Assembly: GCA_950097015.1 (NCBI GenBank) | Contig: CATNEN010000034.1 | Span: 2,666,001-2,730,000 of the forward strand | DNA length: 64,000 bases | Origin: Macrostomum hystrix | Lineage: Eukaryota; Animalia; Platyhelminthes | Direction: 5' to 3' | Shown: positions 1 to 11,889 of the stretch, piece by piece | How positions within the stretch are numbered: the stretch's first letter is position 1 | Layout: every line of letters starts with the position of its first letter | Notes under the pieces: generated by a model | The model's input: the letters and a program-made list of their open reading frames with translations, nothing else | Told to the model about the DNA's origin: nothing | Databases searched by the model: none | Program-made: the position numbers and the translations under genes

Positions 1-1624
1 TGTCAGGCTATATTGTTCCTTATATGGTCACAATATTAACAACTAGTATATATTTCATATAATTTTTTAAAAAGAAATTAGGCCTAATATGTTGAGCCTT
101 ATTCCAGAATGCTGCCATGTATTTTTCCCTTGTTTACTAGTTTTTGGTTTTCATATTAGGTTTTTTCATGGTTAGCTATGCTAGGAATAGCCGAATAGGA
201 CTATTAGAGCTATTAAAATCTTAAAGTTTTCATTTTTTATCTGCTAAACTGTTTTTATTATATTTTTAAAATATTTAGATAGGGAACAGAATGTCTATGT
301 CTCATCTAGCCTATATAAGTAATATATAATAATAAAAGATTGAGCCAAGCTAATAAACCATTTATATGGCTAGCTATTACAATACTAAACATAGGAAAAT
401 AGGCCTACATTATGTCATTCTGATTTAGATAATAAAAGAATATAAACTTATTATTATAAAGTAAAATATTCTGACATATGAGTGCAAGTGCTAACTTGGG
501 CGGGGTCTAGGCCAACTAAAAACTGACCTAAAACCTAACCTTCAACCATTTTTTGAAATTTAAGTATTGAACTATTAACTAAAACTAGGCTTAATAAAAT
601 GACCTCATTTTTGTTTTTAAATCAAAATCATGCAATAAAATGCAGTACACATAGGCACATAAAACATAACCTAAGTCTTTTGCTTCAGCCCAAAACTTGC
701 TTGTTATCGCCCAAGAGAAAAATATGAAACTGCTAGGTAAAAAGCTAGGTATATATAGTATCTGGATATATAGTATCTGTGGGTATAAGTAATAAAATCT
801 GCTATGCCAAGCCTAGCAGTTAGAAATATGTCGTCGTCGTTTTAACTGAGCTAGCGGATCAGATAAAAAAGGATTAGGCCTAACATTAAAATTTTGTTCG
901 GTGACCGCTTACTTTAAATCTCACACGTGGGTATCACGCAATCACGAGTCTCACATCCACGATAATAAAAATGCGCACCTATTGTAACACTTTTTAGCTA
1001 GGCGTTGTCTACTATATTTTGCTATCGCTTCTCTTTGATATAATGTTTTTGCTTAATTTCCCGCGCATAGCTCGATGTTGAAAAATTGTGCAATAATTCA
1101 GACCCGAATCTCACACTATGATGCTTATTAAGGAAGGAAACTTCGATGACTGCTCAAGAGGACATACCTTTGTCTTCCGAGTTGGTGGGTGGAAACATTC
1201 CGAACAAATAATCGTAGTTTTTTTATTTCCAATTAAAAAAAGTTGACTTTAGACTGTTAGGTAAAAAAGTTATATCAAAATTTACTTTGATTTATTAATG
1301 CTACTTTTAGTATATTTTGCCTTAATTCATTTGCTTTTAAACAATACAAAATTTCTAAATTAAGCAACAATTTTGCAAGTCATTGGTTAGTCTTATTAAT
1401 ATTAATATTAATTTTATGTTAATATCACTAATATTATTATTATTAGTGAACCTTAAAAGTTACAGCAGTAAATGTTTTCATTTGGGCTATTGAGTACCGA
1501 TACGTTTTGGTCCCCCAATCTATGTATCTAAATTATTTTCATTAAATCAAGACCAAAGTTAAAGGCTTGTAGAAATGGGCAAATTGCATCTGCTGCGTGT
1601 CTAATATAAACCAATAAATTATAA

Positions 1625-4300
1625 TTAGGCTGCCCCACCAGCCGCCTTCGCCTGCTTGATCTCCAATGCTCTGGAATTTGGGGGCGTCTTGGCCACATCG
1701 TAGGTACTCAGCCGGGCCACAATGGTCTCCAGCTCGGCCTTGGAGACGCTCTTATTAGGCGCATTGTCGCCGTGGCCGCCACCGGAGCCCCTGTAAAAGT
1801 CGTACCGATTCTGGCCGAGATCGTGTCGGCCCCGACGGGACTCCACTGGCCAGCGGCTGAAGTCGCATTGTTTCAGCCTGTCGAAAATCTCTCTGGCTTC
1901 GGCTTCGCTGACTGTTCGGTGCGCGACCCTCTGCGGCTGCTGCTGCCCGGCTTCGCTACGGCGAACATCTTGACGAAGGCGTTCCACAATGGCATCAACA
2001 TCTGCAGCTGAACGCTTCTGTTGTTCCTGATCCTGGGGCTTCTCTTCTACGTAGTAGTCATATCTGTCAGCAAAGGTGTGGATGATGCGATGTACATCAA
2101 AGTGTAACACCCACGCCCTGACACCCTCAATCTAACATCAAGCGTCTTATACTAGCTCTGACACACTCGATCTGACATCCAGTGCCTCATCGAAAGCCCT
2201 GACACACTTGATCTGACATTCAGGGTCTCATCGAAGGCCCTGACACACTTGATCTGACATTCAGTGTCTCATCGAAGGCCCTGACACACTTGATCTGACA
2301 TTCAGTGTCTCATCGAAAGCCCTGACACACTTGATCTGAAATTCAATGCCTCATCGAAGGCCCTGACACACTTGATCTGACATTCAATGCCTCATCGAAG
2401 GCCCTGACACACTTGATCTGACATTCAATGCCTCATCGAAGGCCCTGACACACTTGATCTGAAATTCAATGCCTCATCGAAGGCCCTGACACACTTGATC
2501 TGACATTCAGTGTCTCATCGAAGGCCCTGACACACTTGATCTGACATTCAGTGTCTCATCGAAGGCCCTGACACACTTGATCTGAAATTCAATGCCTCAT
2601 CGAAGGCCCTGACACACTTGATCTGACATTCAATGCCTCATCGAAGGCCCTGACACACTTGATCTGAAATTCAATGCCTCATCGAAGGCCCTGACACACT
2701 TGATCTGACATTCAGTGTCTCATCGAAGGCCCTGACACACTTGATCTGACATTGTGTCTCATCGAAAGCCCTGACACACTCGATCTGACATCCAGTGCCT
2801 CATCGAAAGCCCTGACACACTTGATCTGACATTCAGTGTCTCATCGAAGGCCCTGACACACTTGATCTGACATTCAGTGTCTCATCGAAAGCCCTGACAC
2901 ACTTGATCTGAAATTCAATGCCTCATCGAAGGCCCTGACACACTTGATCTGACATTCAGTGTCTCATCGAAGGCCCTGACACACTTGATCTGAAATTCAA
3001 TGCCTCATCGAAGGCCCTGACACACTTGATCTGACATTCAGTGTCTCATCGAAGGCCCTGACACACTTGATCTGACATTCAGTGTCTCATCGAAAGCCCT
3101 GACACACTCGATCTGACATCCAGTGCCTCATCGAAAGCCCTGACACACTTGATCTGACATTCAGTGTCTCATCGAAGGCCCTGACACACTTGATCTGACA
3201 TTCAGTGTCTCATCGAAGGCCCTGACACACTTGATCTGACATTCAGTGTCTCATCGAAGGCCCTGACACACTTGATCTGACATTCAGTGTCTCATCGAAA
3301 GCCCTGACACACTTGATCTGAAATTCAATGCCTCATCGAAGGCCCTGACACACTTGATCTGAAATTCAATGCCTCATCGAAGGCCCTGACACACTTGATC
3401 TGAAATTCAATGCCTCATCGAAGGCCCTGACACACTTGATCTGACATTCAGTGTCTCATCGAAGGCCCTGACACACTTGATCTGACATTCAGTGTCTCAT
3501 CGAAGGCCCTGACACACTTGATCTGACATTCAGTGCCTCATCGAAGGCCCTGACACACTTGATCTGACATTCAGTGTCTCATCGAAGGCCCTGACACACT
3601 TGATCTGACATTCAGTGTCTCATCGAAGGCCCTGACACACTTGATCTGACATTCAGTGTCTCATCGAAGGCCCTGACACACTTGATCTGACATTCAGTGT
3701 CTCATCGAAAGCCCTGACACACTTGATCTGAAATTCAATGCCTCATCGAAGGCCCTGACACACTTGATCTGAAATTCAATGCCTCATCGAAGGCCCTGAC
3801 ACAATTGATCTGAAATTCAATGCCTTATCGAAGGCCCTGACACACTTGATCTGACATTCAGTGTCTCACCTGCCAAACTTGAGCACTTGTCGATCCTTCC
3901 TAGACTCTGGCGGTGTCTTCTTGTCGCCGCTCAGTCTGTCATAGACGGACATGCCACTGGCTGGTTGTTGCACTTGTCTTTTCTTCTGCGCTAAAATACT
4001 CGCTTTGAAGTTTTTTGCTTCAAAATTCGAAATTTCTTGAGAATATAAGGGCGAAGATGAGAAGGCTTCGGAGAATAGAAGTCCTATATGAGCCTTCAAA
4101 CTAGTTTCGAGCAGTGTATGCTCAAGAACCCCCCACTTAAACACTTTATAAGATCATATTGAGCAGTTCATCAAACCGATGCACCTTTGGCTCCCAACTC
4201 TTTAGATGGTCTAGCCGAGTTGTCTGAGTCCATGCACCAGGCAAAAGGAATTTGCTATCCAGTATTAAAATCTGTCTCTCTTTCTCAGCCTTCTTTCGAA
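1625..4300 (-). CDS. Uncharacterised multi-exon protein with repeated (I/V)xxRL...PP(E/N)SR motif (5' end not resolved)
   Basis: Exons 1625-2117 and 3870-3985/3990 join in phase (ttt ggc ag|g gcg tgg = FGRAW) across a GT-AG intron at 2118-3869. Possible further exon 4185-4300. The motif recurs: VYDRLSGDKKTPPESR, EIFDRLKQCDFSRWPVESR, TIVARLSTYDVAKTPPNSR. No family recognised. Confidence 0.6.
2118..3869. repeat. 41-bp minisatellite (~42 copies) filling an entire intron
   Basis: Unit ccctgacacacttgatctgacattcagtgtctcatcgaagg runs from the acceptor (2118) to the donor (3869). Confidence 0.97.
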
Positions 4301-5032
4301 CTACAGATGAAGTGTTCGCACAAAAAGACGAGAGCAAAATGCAGACTGCTTATCTGAATAGATTCCAAAAGGCGTCATTAACTCTACACCAGCCCCAAGC
4401 CTCTTTTGCATTGCCAACTTTCAAGTGGCTCTTGGTAGCTTTACAAAATTTTGATTAACTGTAGCTATAGTGCACTGTTTAAAAAGAGACAAATGATGAA
4501 CGCAGTTAAACACAGTTGCAATGCCGTTATTGAAATGTTCTGCTAAGTTCTAACAGGTAAGAAATAATTAATACCGTCAAAGTATAGTTTGTTAACAGTG
4601 AAAAGACAAAACCGACTGAAATTGGTTAAATTCAATTACACTTTAGGTGATTGAATAAGGGTAGGCGAGAGTTGTGACAAAGGGGAGATTTGAGACACCA
4701 GAGATCTGAGAACGGTTTCAAAACGACAAGATGTCATCTGCCTTGGGTATAGACGAAGCAAATAGAAGCAAAAGGATCGAGACGGGAGCATGTTTGCTCA
4801 AGAAGGAATGGGTCAAGTCGGATCCGAGGCCACACTGAGCACTGTCTGTGTGCACTTTAGTCCTGCAGATATCTCCATAGCCAAGGTCTGTCTGGGCTAT
4901 GCTTGCTTAAGCATGCGGGTGACAGCGGGGTTGTCAAGAACATATAACTATATATATATATGAATAAACATACGACACAGAAGTGTCAGCGCAATGAGAT
5001 AACATGATTTACTATCACAAATCACGGAGGAG

Positions 5033-5300
5033 ATTGTAGCCTAGTGGCTAGAGCACACGACTTGAAGGTCGGAGGTTCGCCAACCACTGGAACCATTTAT
5101 GTCCATTAACAAGACGCTTAACTCTGCATTGCTTCAGTTCACCAAACTGATAAATGGGTACCAACATCAGCTGAGATAATTGAAGGTCGGCATGGCGTCT
5201 CCCCAGTCCATGGACTGAACAGCCGTACGTAGCCTTCACAGCCGCAATAGTTGCGGCTGTGCTGTCGGCTGCACATCTGGCCCAATTGGGGCAGGTGTAA
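5033..5300 (+). mobile_element. tRNA-derived SINE, family B
   Basis: A-box tagcctagtggctag, B-box-like ggaggttcg, central block actctgcattgcttcagttcacc...aaatgggtacc, 3' palindrome cagtccatggactg. Homologous to 7833, 25085, 25905 and 43393. Confidence 0.75.
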
Positions 5301-5624
5301 TCAATTATTTTATTTATTACTATCACAAAAGTACATTTTAATGCATTGAAACTTGTAAATTGTCTCTCTGGCTCTAGACTTTTCTGGATTGGAGGGGCGG
5401 AAAATTGAGGGCCGGGTTAATGGCACGAGAAGTAGGAAGAGGCACGCGAGGTGCTTGGCCACGATCCTTGTAAAGAGGGAAAGTTTGAATTACAGAGAGA
5501 ATTCGCATAATTAGAAAGATGGGATTGACGATAGCATGATGACATCGTGAGGGGTAATTGGACTGTGGGAATTACGAGCTATCGAAATAGAAGATATTTT
5601 TGGTCGAGACAGAAAGAGGATGTA

Positions 5625-6040
5625 CATGGGGAAGGGGAAGATGCACTCAGGGAAGAGGAAGATGCACACAGGGGAGAGTAAGATGAGCTCAGGGAAGAGG
5701 AAGATGCACACAGGGGAGAGGAAGATGCACACAGGGGAGAGTAAGATGAGCTCAGGGAAGAGGAAGATGCACACAGGGGAGAGGAAGATGCACACAGGGG
5801 AGAGGAAGATGCACACAGGGGAGAGGAAGATGCACACAGGGGAGAGGAAGATGCACACAGGGGAGAGGAAGATGCACACAGGGGAGAGGAAGATGCACAC
5901 AGGGGAGAGGAAGATGAGCTCAGGGAAGAGGAAGATGCACACAGGGGAGAGGAAGATGCACACAGGGGAGAGGAAGATGCACACAGGGGAGAGGAAGATG
6001 CACACAGGGGAGAGGAAGATGCACACAGGGGAGAGGAAGA
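5625..6040. repeat. 21-bp minisatellite (~19 copies)
   Basis: Unit gatgcacacaggggagaggaa; source of the spurious ORFs 5511-6080 and 5620-6126. Confidence 0.95.
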
Positions 6041-7469
6041 TACGGGGAGGGAGACTTATATTACCAATAGCTGAAAGCATAAAAGCGATAATTTACATGA
6101 CTAAGTATTTATTTATCTACACATAAAATATATGGAATCATTCATAGACGCCTTCAAAGAGTAATAAACAACAATGGTAGCCAACAATAGACAATATGTG
6201 GATCAAAATAAAAGAGAAAAGAATGAAAATTTAACACGAATTTTGATAGCTAAATTACTCGTAATAAGCATAATTTGCTCTGTTAAAAAATAAATTTCCA
6301 AACACAGCTAAATCAATTCGCCAATTTTCTTTCGAGCACACGAAGACATGGGTGTGCTCATCGGCTTGACTTTCTCATCGTCTCGGCCAACTTTATTGCA
6401 GATTTCAACAACAAGCCACCAGGCCCATCTCTCATAGACTGTGGTGCTGCGATTCAAACTCTCGTGTCCTCCTGACCTCCGTCAGGATGCCGCGACACGC
6501 TCTGCCCCCGAGTTCCAACCTCCAAGAGGTCGTCTTCCGGTCTGTCGTTGTCTGTGCCGCTGCTTCGACCAAAGCAGCGCCCAAAATTCCAATGCGAGCG
6601 ACAGCAGCAGCAGCAGCGGAGCAAATCAACAGCTTCCCTACGAAACAGCGGATTGCTGATGCAGTAGAACAGGAAATTGCAGCAGTGGTTGGCAAACTGC
6701 AGCAGCAGCAGCACTGACCAGATTATTCTGTAGGTGTAAAACTGGCTAGGTGTCAGTCCATCAGCAGGCGGGTGTGGACCGCCCAGGCAGGTGAGGTAGA
6801 GCTTCACGGGTGAGGTGAAGGCCACAAAAGCGAAGCTAGTGAGCAGTAGCATGACTGTAGTGCGATAGTTAGCCAGCTTTGATTCGCTCGAGCCCAGCAT
6901 TGAGCCTCGCCTAACCGACCTGAGCTTGGCCAGGATGCACGAGTTGCACACCAGGATGACGATGAAGGGCCCGAATGCTGTCAGGGCGAGGTCAATCTGG
7001 GGAAACACTCGCTTCACAAAGTACTCGTGTCTGTGCGAGTTTTCGCATGATCTGCGATAACCCTTCGGAGCTGTGGAGTTTAGCAGCAGCTGTCTAGTGG
7101 CTAGAAAGTGCAGATTGCAGCCCAGCAGACAGGCGAACCCGGTTGCCATGGTAACCGCTAGACCGCGACGAGAGACAAGAAAATCTCTAAATTTATTCCC
7201 AGGGGAAACGCAGACGGCGGCAAGGCGCTCGACGGCGACCAAGGCGACAATCTAGGAGGCGAGCATCAGGCTGAGGTAGAGCAGCAGCTCGTGCAGCTTG
7301 CAGCACACAAAGCAGGCCACCTGCGGATCCAACGCGTTGCCATAGTAACTATTGAAGTAGGATGCCTTGCGCAGCCAGTGACGCAATGGACTGGTGAGCA
7401 GGGCCAGGCAGTCCACAATGGCCAGAACGGCTAGTGGCAGGTGCACCACCTTTTGGTAGTTTGATTTAG

Positions 7470-7815
7470 CAATAATAATAATAATAATAATAATAATTGT
7501 AGGAGGGCTCCAAGCAATGGCACACCATTTGGTGACACTAGACCTGCAGCCAGCGAGGAGGCAATTCTGCCAATTTCGCTGAACCCTGAGCACACACTGG
7601 GGGTGTGTACATCTGCCATGACTTTCTGATCGTCAGTCAGTGTACACTCTCACTGTGCCTTAGAGGTGGGCCCATAAGGGAATGAATTGCACGACAAGCC
7701 CCCAAGCCTTCTCTCCGCGGCTGCGCCCCAAATGAATGTGGCCTCGCCGCGGAATCGAGATTAGGGACCTTGTTGCGAGAGGCAAATGCGTTTGACCGCT
7801 CTGCCACTCACCCCT
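7470..7815 (-). mobile_element. tRNA-derived SINE, family A (full length, in GPCR intron)
   Basis: Minus-strand head gagtggcagagcggtc...tcgattccgcggcgagg, body gcagccgcggagagaaggcttggggg, hairpin tgtacactg..ctgac..gtca..gcagatgtaca, 3' (ATT)n tail at 7471-7497. Matches 58387-58746. Confidence 0.85.
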
Positions 7816-7832
7816 CAATATAAGCCCGGTTA

Positions 7833-7995
7833 AATTGTAGCCTAGTGGCTAGGCGTCGGACTGCCAACTTAAAGGTCAGGGGTTCGATTCGCGACTCCAC
7901 TGAAACAGTGAGTGTATTTTTGTAAACTCTGCATTGCTTCAGTTCACCCAGCTGTTAAAATGGGTGCTAGCGTTAGCTGGGGTAATTGAGGGTGG
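7833..7995 (+). mobile_element. tRNA-derived SINE, family B (3'-truncated)
   Basis: tagcctagtggctagg...ggggttcgattcg, then actctgcattgcttcagttcacccagctg..aaatgggtgc. Confidence 0.75.
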
Positions 7996-8374
7996 GTGCG
8001 GGTGAGACAAGATCCCACCTTCTTGTTGGCACCTTCACGCAAACACTCAGCTGAAGGTCCGTCAGTGCACATTGAAGCCCCCAGCAACAAAAATACCTGC
8101 GATCTTCTAATCTTCGGTCGCAGCAGTACGAGCAGGGCGCTCAGATTGCAGGCCAGACCCATGGGAATGAGCACAGGTGGCGCCCAGCTCCACAGAGCCG
8201 AATGAAGCCGCACTTTCCATTGCCAATCTGACATTGGAATCTGGCTGAGGTTGCCGGCACCGGCGCCAAACTCGACGAAGCTGCTGTTGCTGCCATCTTT
8301 CGACATGTCGAGACGTTGATCATTAAACTGGTACTCCAGTGTTGTCAGGATTGTCGGACTTTCGGGATAAATAT

Positions 8375-8950
8375 TGGGATTGTAACTGATTTAATTAAGA
8401 TTGTAACTGATTTAATTAAGATTGTAACTGATTTAATTATGATTGTATCTGATTAAATCGGGATTGTAAATGATTAAATTGGGATTTTAACTGATTAAAT
8501 TGGGATTGTAACTGATTAAATCGGGATTGTAACTGATTAAATTTGGATTGTAACTGATTTAATTGGGATTGTAACTGATTTAATTAGGATTGTAACTGAT
8601 TAAATTGGGATTTTAACTGATTAAATTGGGATTGTAACTGATTAAATCGGGATTGTAACTGATTAAATTTGGATTGTAACTGATTAAATCGGGATTGTAA
8701 CTGATTAAATTTGGATTGTAACTTATTAAATTTGGATTGTAACTGATTTAATTTGAATTGTAACTGATTAAATCGGGATTGTAACTGATTAAATTTGGAT
8801 TGTGACTGATTAGATCGGGATTGTAACTGATTAAATCGGGATTGTAACTGATTAAATCGGGATTGTAACTTATTAAATTTGGATTGTAACTGACTAAATC
8901 GGGATTGTAACTGATTAAATTTGGATTGTAACTGATTAAATTGGGATTGT
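8375..8950. repeat. 21-bp minisatellite (~27 copies)
   Basis: Unit attgtaactgattaaatcggg and variants. Confidence 0.95.
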
Positions 8951-9860
8951 AACTCTCCTCTCTCTCCCGCTTCTCCCTCTCCCGCTTTTCTCCCGCTCCT
9001 CTATCTCCCGCTCCCCTCTCTCCCGCTCCTCCCTCTTCCACTTTTCTCCCGCTCCTCCCTCTCCCGCTCCCCTCTCTCCCGCTACTCCCTCTTCCGCTCC
9101 TCTATCTCCCGCTCCTCCCTCTTCCGCTCCCTTCTCGCCTACCTCCTTTTTTCCCGCTCCTCTATCTCCCGCTCCTCCCTCTTCCGCTCCCTTCTCGCCT
9201 ACCTCCTTTTTTCCCGCTCCTCTATCTCCCGCTCCTCCCTCTTCCGCTCCCTTCTCGCCTACCTCCTTTTTTCCCGCTCCTCTATCTCCCGCTCCTCCCT
9301 CTTCCACTTTTCTCCCGCTCCCTTCTCTCCCGCTCCTCCCTCTTCCGCTCCTCTATCTCCCGCTCCTCCCTCTTCCGCTCCTCTATCTCCCGCTCCTCCC
9401 TCTTCCGCTCCTCTATCTCCCGCTCCTCCCTCTACCGCTCCTCTATCTCCCGCTCCTCCCTCTACCGCTCCTCCCTCTACCGCTCCTCTATCTCCCGCTC
9501 CTCCCTCTTCCACTTTTCTCCCGCTCCCTTCTCTACCGCTCCTCCCTCTACCGCTCCTCTATCTCCCGCTCCTCCCTCTACCGCTCCTCTATCTCCCGCT
9601 CCTCCCTCTACCGCTCCTCCCTCTACCGCTCCTCTATCTCCCGCTCCTCCCTCTTCCACTTTTCTCCCGCTCCCTTCTCTACCGCTCCTCCCTCTACCGC
9701 TCCTCTATCTCCCGCTCCTCCCTCTTCCACTTTTCTCCCGCTCCCTTCTCTCCCGCTCCTCCCTCTTCCGCTCCTCTATCTCCCGCTCCTCCCTCTTCCG
9801 CTCCCTTCTCGCCTACCTCCTTTTCTCCAGCTCCTCGCTCTCCCTCTCTCCTTACTCCTT
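8951..9860. repeat. C/T-rich composite minisatellite (~30-bp unit)
   Basis: ctcccgctcctccctcttccgctcctctat and variants. Confidence 0.93.
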
Positions 9861-10619
9861 CCCTTCCCTATCTTCTTATTTTCCTCTCTTTAATCCAATT
9901 GTCTTTCTTCCGCTCTTTAGTTGTCTTCCCGCTTTCTTTATCTATTTTTAGTTAGAAACTCTAGAGAATAATTGTGAAGTCTTTAACTGGTAGAAGAAAG
10001 CTGCGACTTAGTAGCTGATTGCTAGCTGATCCCAGAAAGGTAAGCTCAATGTGAGCTTAATGTGGAGTTTATTAGGAGAACATTGTGTGGACTCAGGCGA
10101 CAGATGCCGTTGCCACATTTTCCTAGGTGAAAATTCTCAGTTTATTTGCTTTCTAATTAGTCAGGACCCAGAGACCGGCTCTTGCACCCTATGCAATGGC
10201 TAGCATGGACATTAGTTACACTGTGTTTTCATTGGCGAATTTGGGCCGATATAGACATTGTGACGGAGAATCTGCTTTCCAAATTAAATACGTCAAATAC
10301 GAAGATAAGCAATCGATAAGCAATTTATTCTACTATCAAATGGAATAGATTAGCTATCCATTCTAGTCCTTAGTTCCGATGGGATAGATTGCTAAGCATA
10401 CTATCGAAACATGCTCTATGAAACTTCTAATAAATATTGAGCAAATTAAAATGTTGGAAAAAATATAGATTTCTTAGATTAAGAGCCGAACGATATCCTA
10501 GCGAAGCAGTTATTTGTTGTAGCTAATTTAACGACACTGGAAGCTATGATTCAGAAGGCCTAGGAAACAGGAAGGCTTGTCGAAAAATGAAGTCCATCTA
10601 CTATTCAAAATACTAAATT

Positions 10620-11290
10620 CTCCCCAAATCTCTCCCCAATTATCCACCCCCGATGTCTCCCCATTCTCTCCCCATTCTCTCCCTAATCTCACTCCCAATC
10701 TTTGCTTTCTTCCCCAAATTCTCTCCCTAATCTCACTCCCAATCTTTGCTTCATTCTCTCCCCATTCTCTCCCGATTCTCTCCCCATTCTCTTCCCCTTC
10801 TCTCCCCATTCTCTTCCCCTTCTCTCCCCATTCTCTCCCCGTTCTCTCCCCATTCTCTCCCCATTCTCTCCCCATTCTCTCCCCATTCTCTCCCCATTCT
10901 CTCCCGATTCTCTCCCCATTCTCTTCCCCTTCTCTCCCCATTCTCTCTCCATTCTCTCCCCATTCTCTCCCCATTCTCTCCCCATTCTCTTTACATTCTC
11001 TTCCCCTTCTCTCCCCATTTTCTTCCCCATTCTCTCCCCATCCTCTCCCCATATTCTTCCCCATTCTCTCCCCATTCTCTCCCCATTCTCTCCCCATCCT
11101 CTCCCCATTTTCTTCCTCATTCTCTCCCCATTCTCTTCCCCATTCTCTCCCCCATTCTCTCCCCCGTTCTTCTCCCTATTCTCTCCCCATTCTCTTCCCC
11201 ATTCTCTTCCCCATTCTCTTCCCCATTCTCTTCCCCATTCTCTTCCCCATTCTCTTCCCCGTTCTCTTCCCCATTCTCTTCCCTCATTCA
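10620..11290. repeat. C/T-rich ~11-bp minisatellite
   Basis: ctccccattct iterated. Confidence 0.93.
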
Positions 11291-11889
11291 TTCCCAATTT
11301 TTTATTTTTATCCTCTTTATTCTTTCATTTTCTCACCGCTCTTCGCTGTATGAAAAAAACATAGAAATAAGTGTTAAATTTAACAAGGAAATTACATTTA
11401 CGCGCATTTGTCTTTGTGGAAGCTTGTTTTTCTTCTAGTTACGATTTTAAATGAATATATGAATAATCTATGAAAGGCGTTTCGCTCCAGTGGGGCGGAA
11501 TTAACGTTTTGCATTATTGATTTGTGTTTCCCGCTCCGGCAGGTCCTTGAAAGGTGGCGAATGGGAAATTTTGAAAAATCGGGTCGCTTTCGAGGACCTG
11601 CAATTCTGACAGGCGCCTGAAATGCCCGAGGAAATCAACTGCGCGGCTTGGGGAGGGGGGCTAGTGATGAGTGATTCATGACCGAAAATACTATTATCAA
11701 TTTACTGAATTTCAAATAGGATGCGGCCCTGATAACCATTTTAGAGATATAATGAAACGTATAAATAAGTAAATAGGCAGGACGATATTGAGAAAGAGCA
11801 TGAGACAAAGAAGCACAACATATTCAGAACTGTATTTTCAGGTGAGAATAAGATAGAAAATCATAGAAAGCATTGGGAATATAATTGGG

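Larger units (their letters stand above)
6454..8306 (-). pseudogene. Rhodopsin-class (class A) peptide-receptor-like GPCR with an in-frame TAG in TM3 (pseudogene, null allele or sequence error)
   Basis: Exon 8097-8306 (N-term, TM1 GLACNLSALLVLLRPKIRRSQ) splices in phase 0 to exon 6454-7449: TM2 LAVLAIVD, TM3 S*IVALVAVERL, TM5 FGPFIVILVCNSCI, TM6 AFVAFTSP, TM7 NHCCNFLFYCISNPLFRRE. TAG at 7252-7254 sits where this family usually has W. The exon-2 acceptor (AAG) is weak. Confidence 0.75.

Noticed and set aside
4680-4945. DIRS/tyrosine-recombinase fragment
   Set aside because: Only a vague resemblance in one short frame with several stops; cannot be supported.
7252-7254. Stop-codon reassignment (TAG read as an amino acid)
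   Set aside because: All other reconstructed genes read cleanly in the standard code with no in-frame TAG; a single TGG->TAG change is simpler.
8936-9659. Collagen-like Gly-rich protein ([10 protein letters not shown])
   Set aside because: No G-X-Y periodicity; it is the reverse complement of a CT-rich minisatellite.
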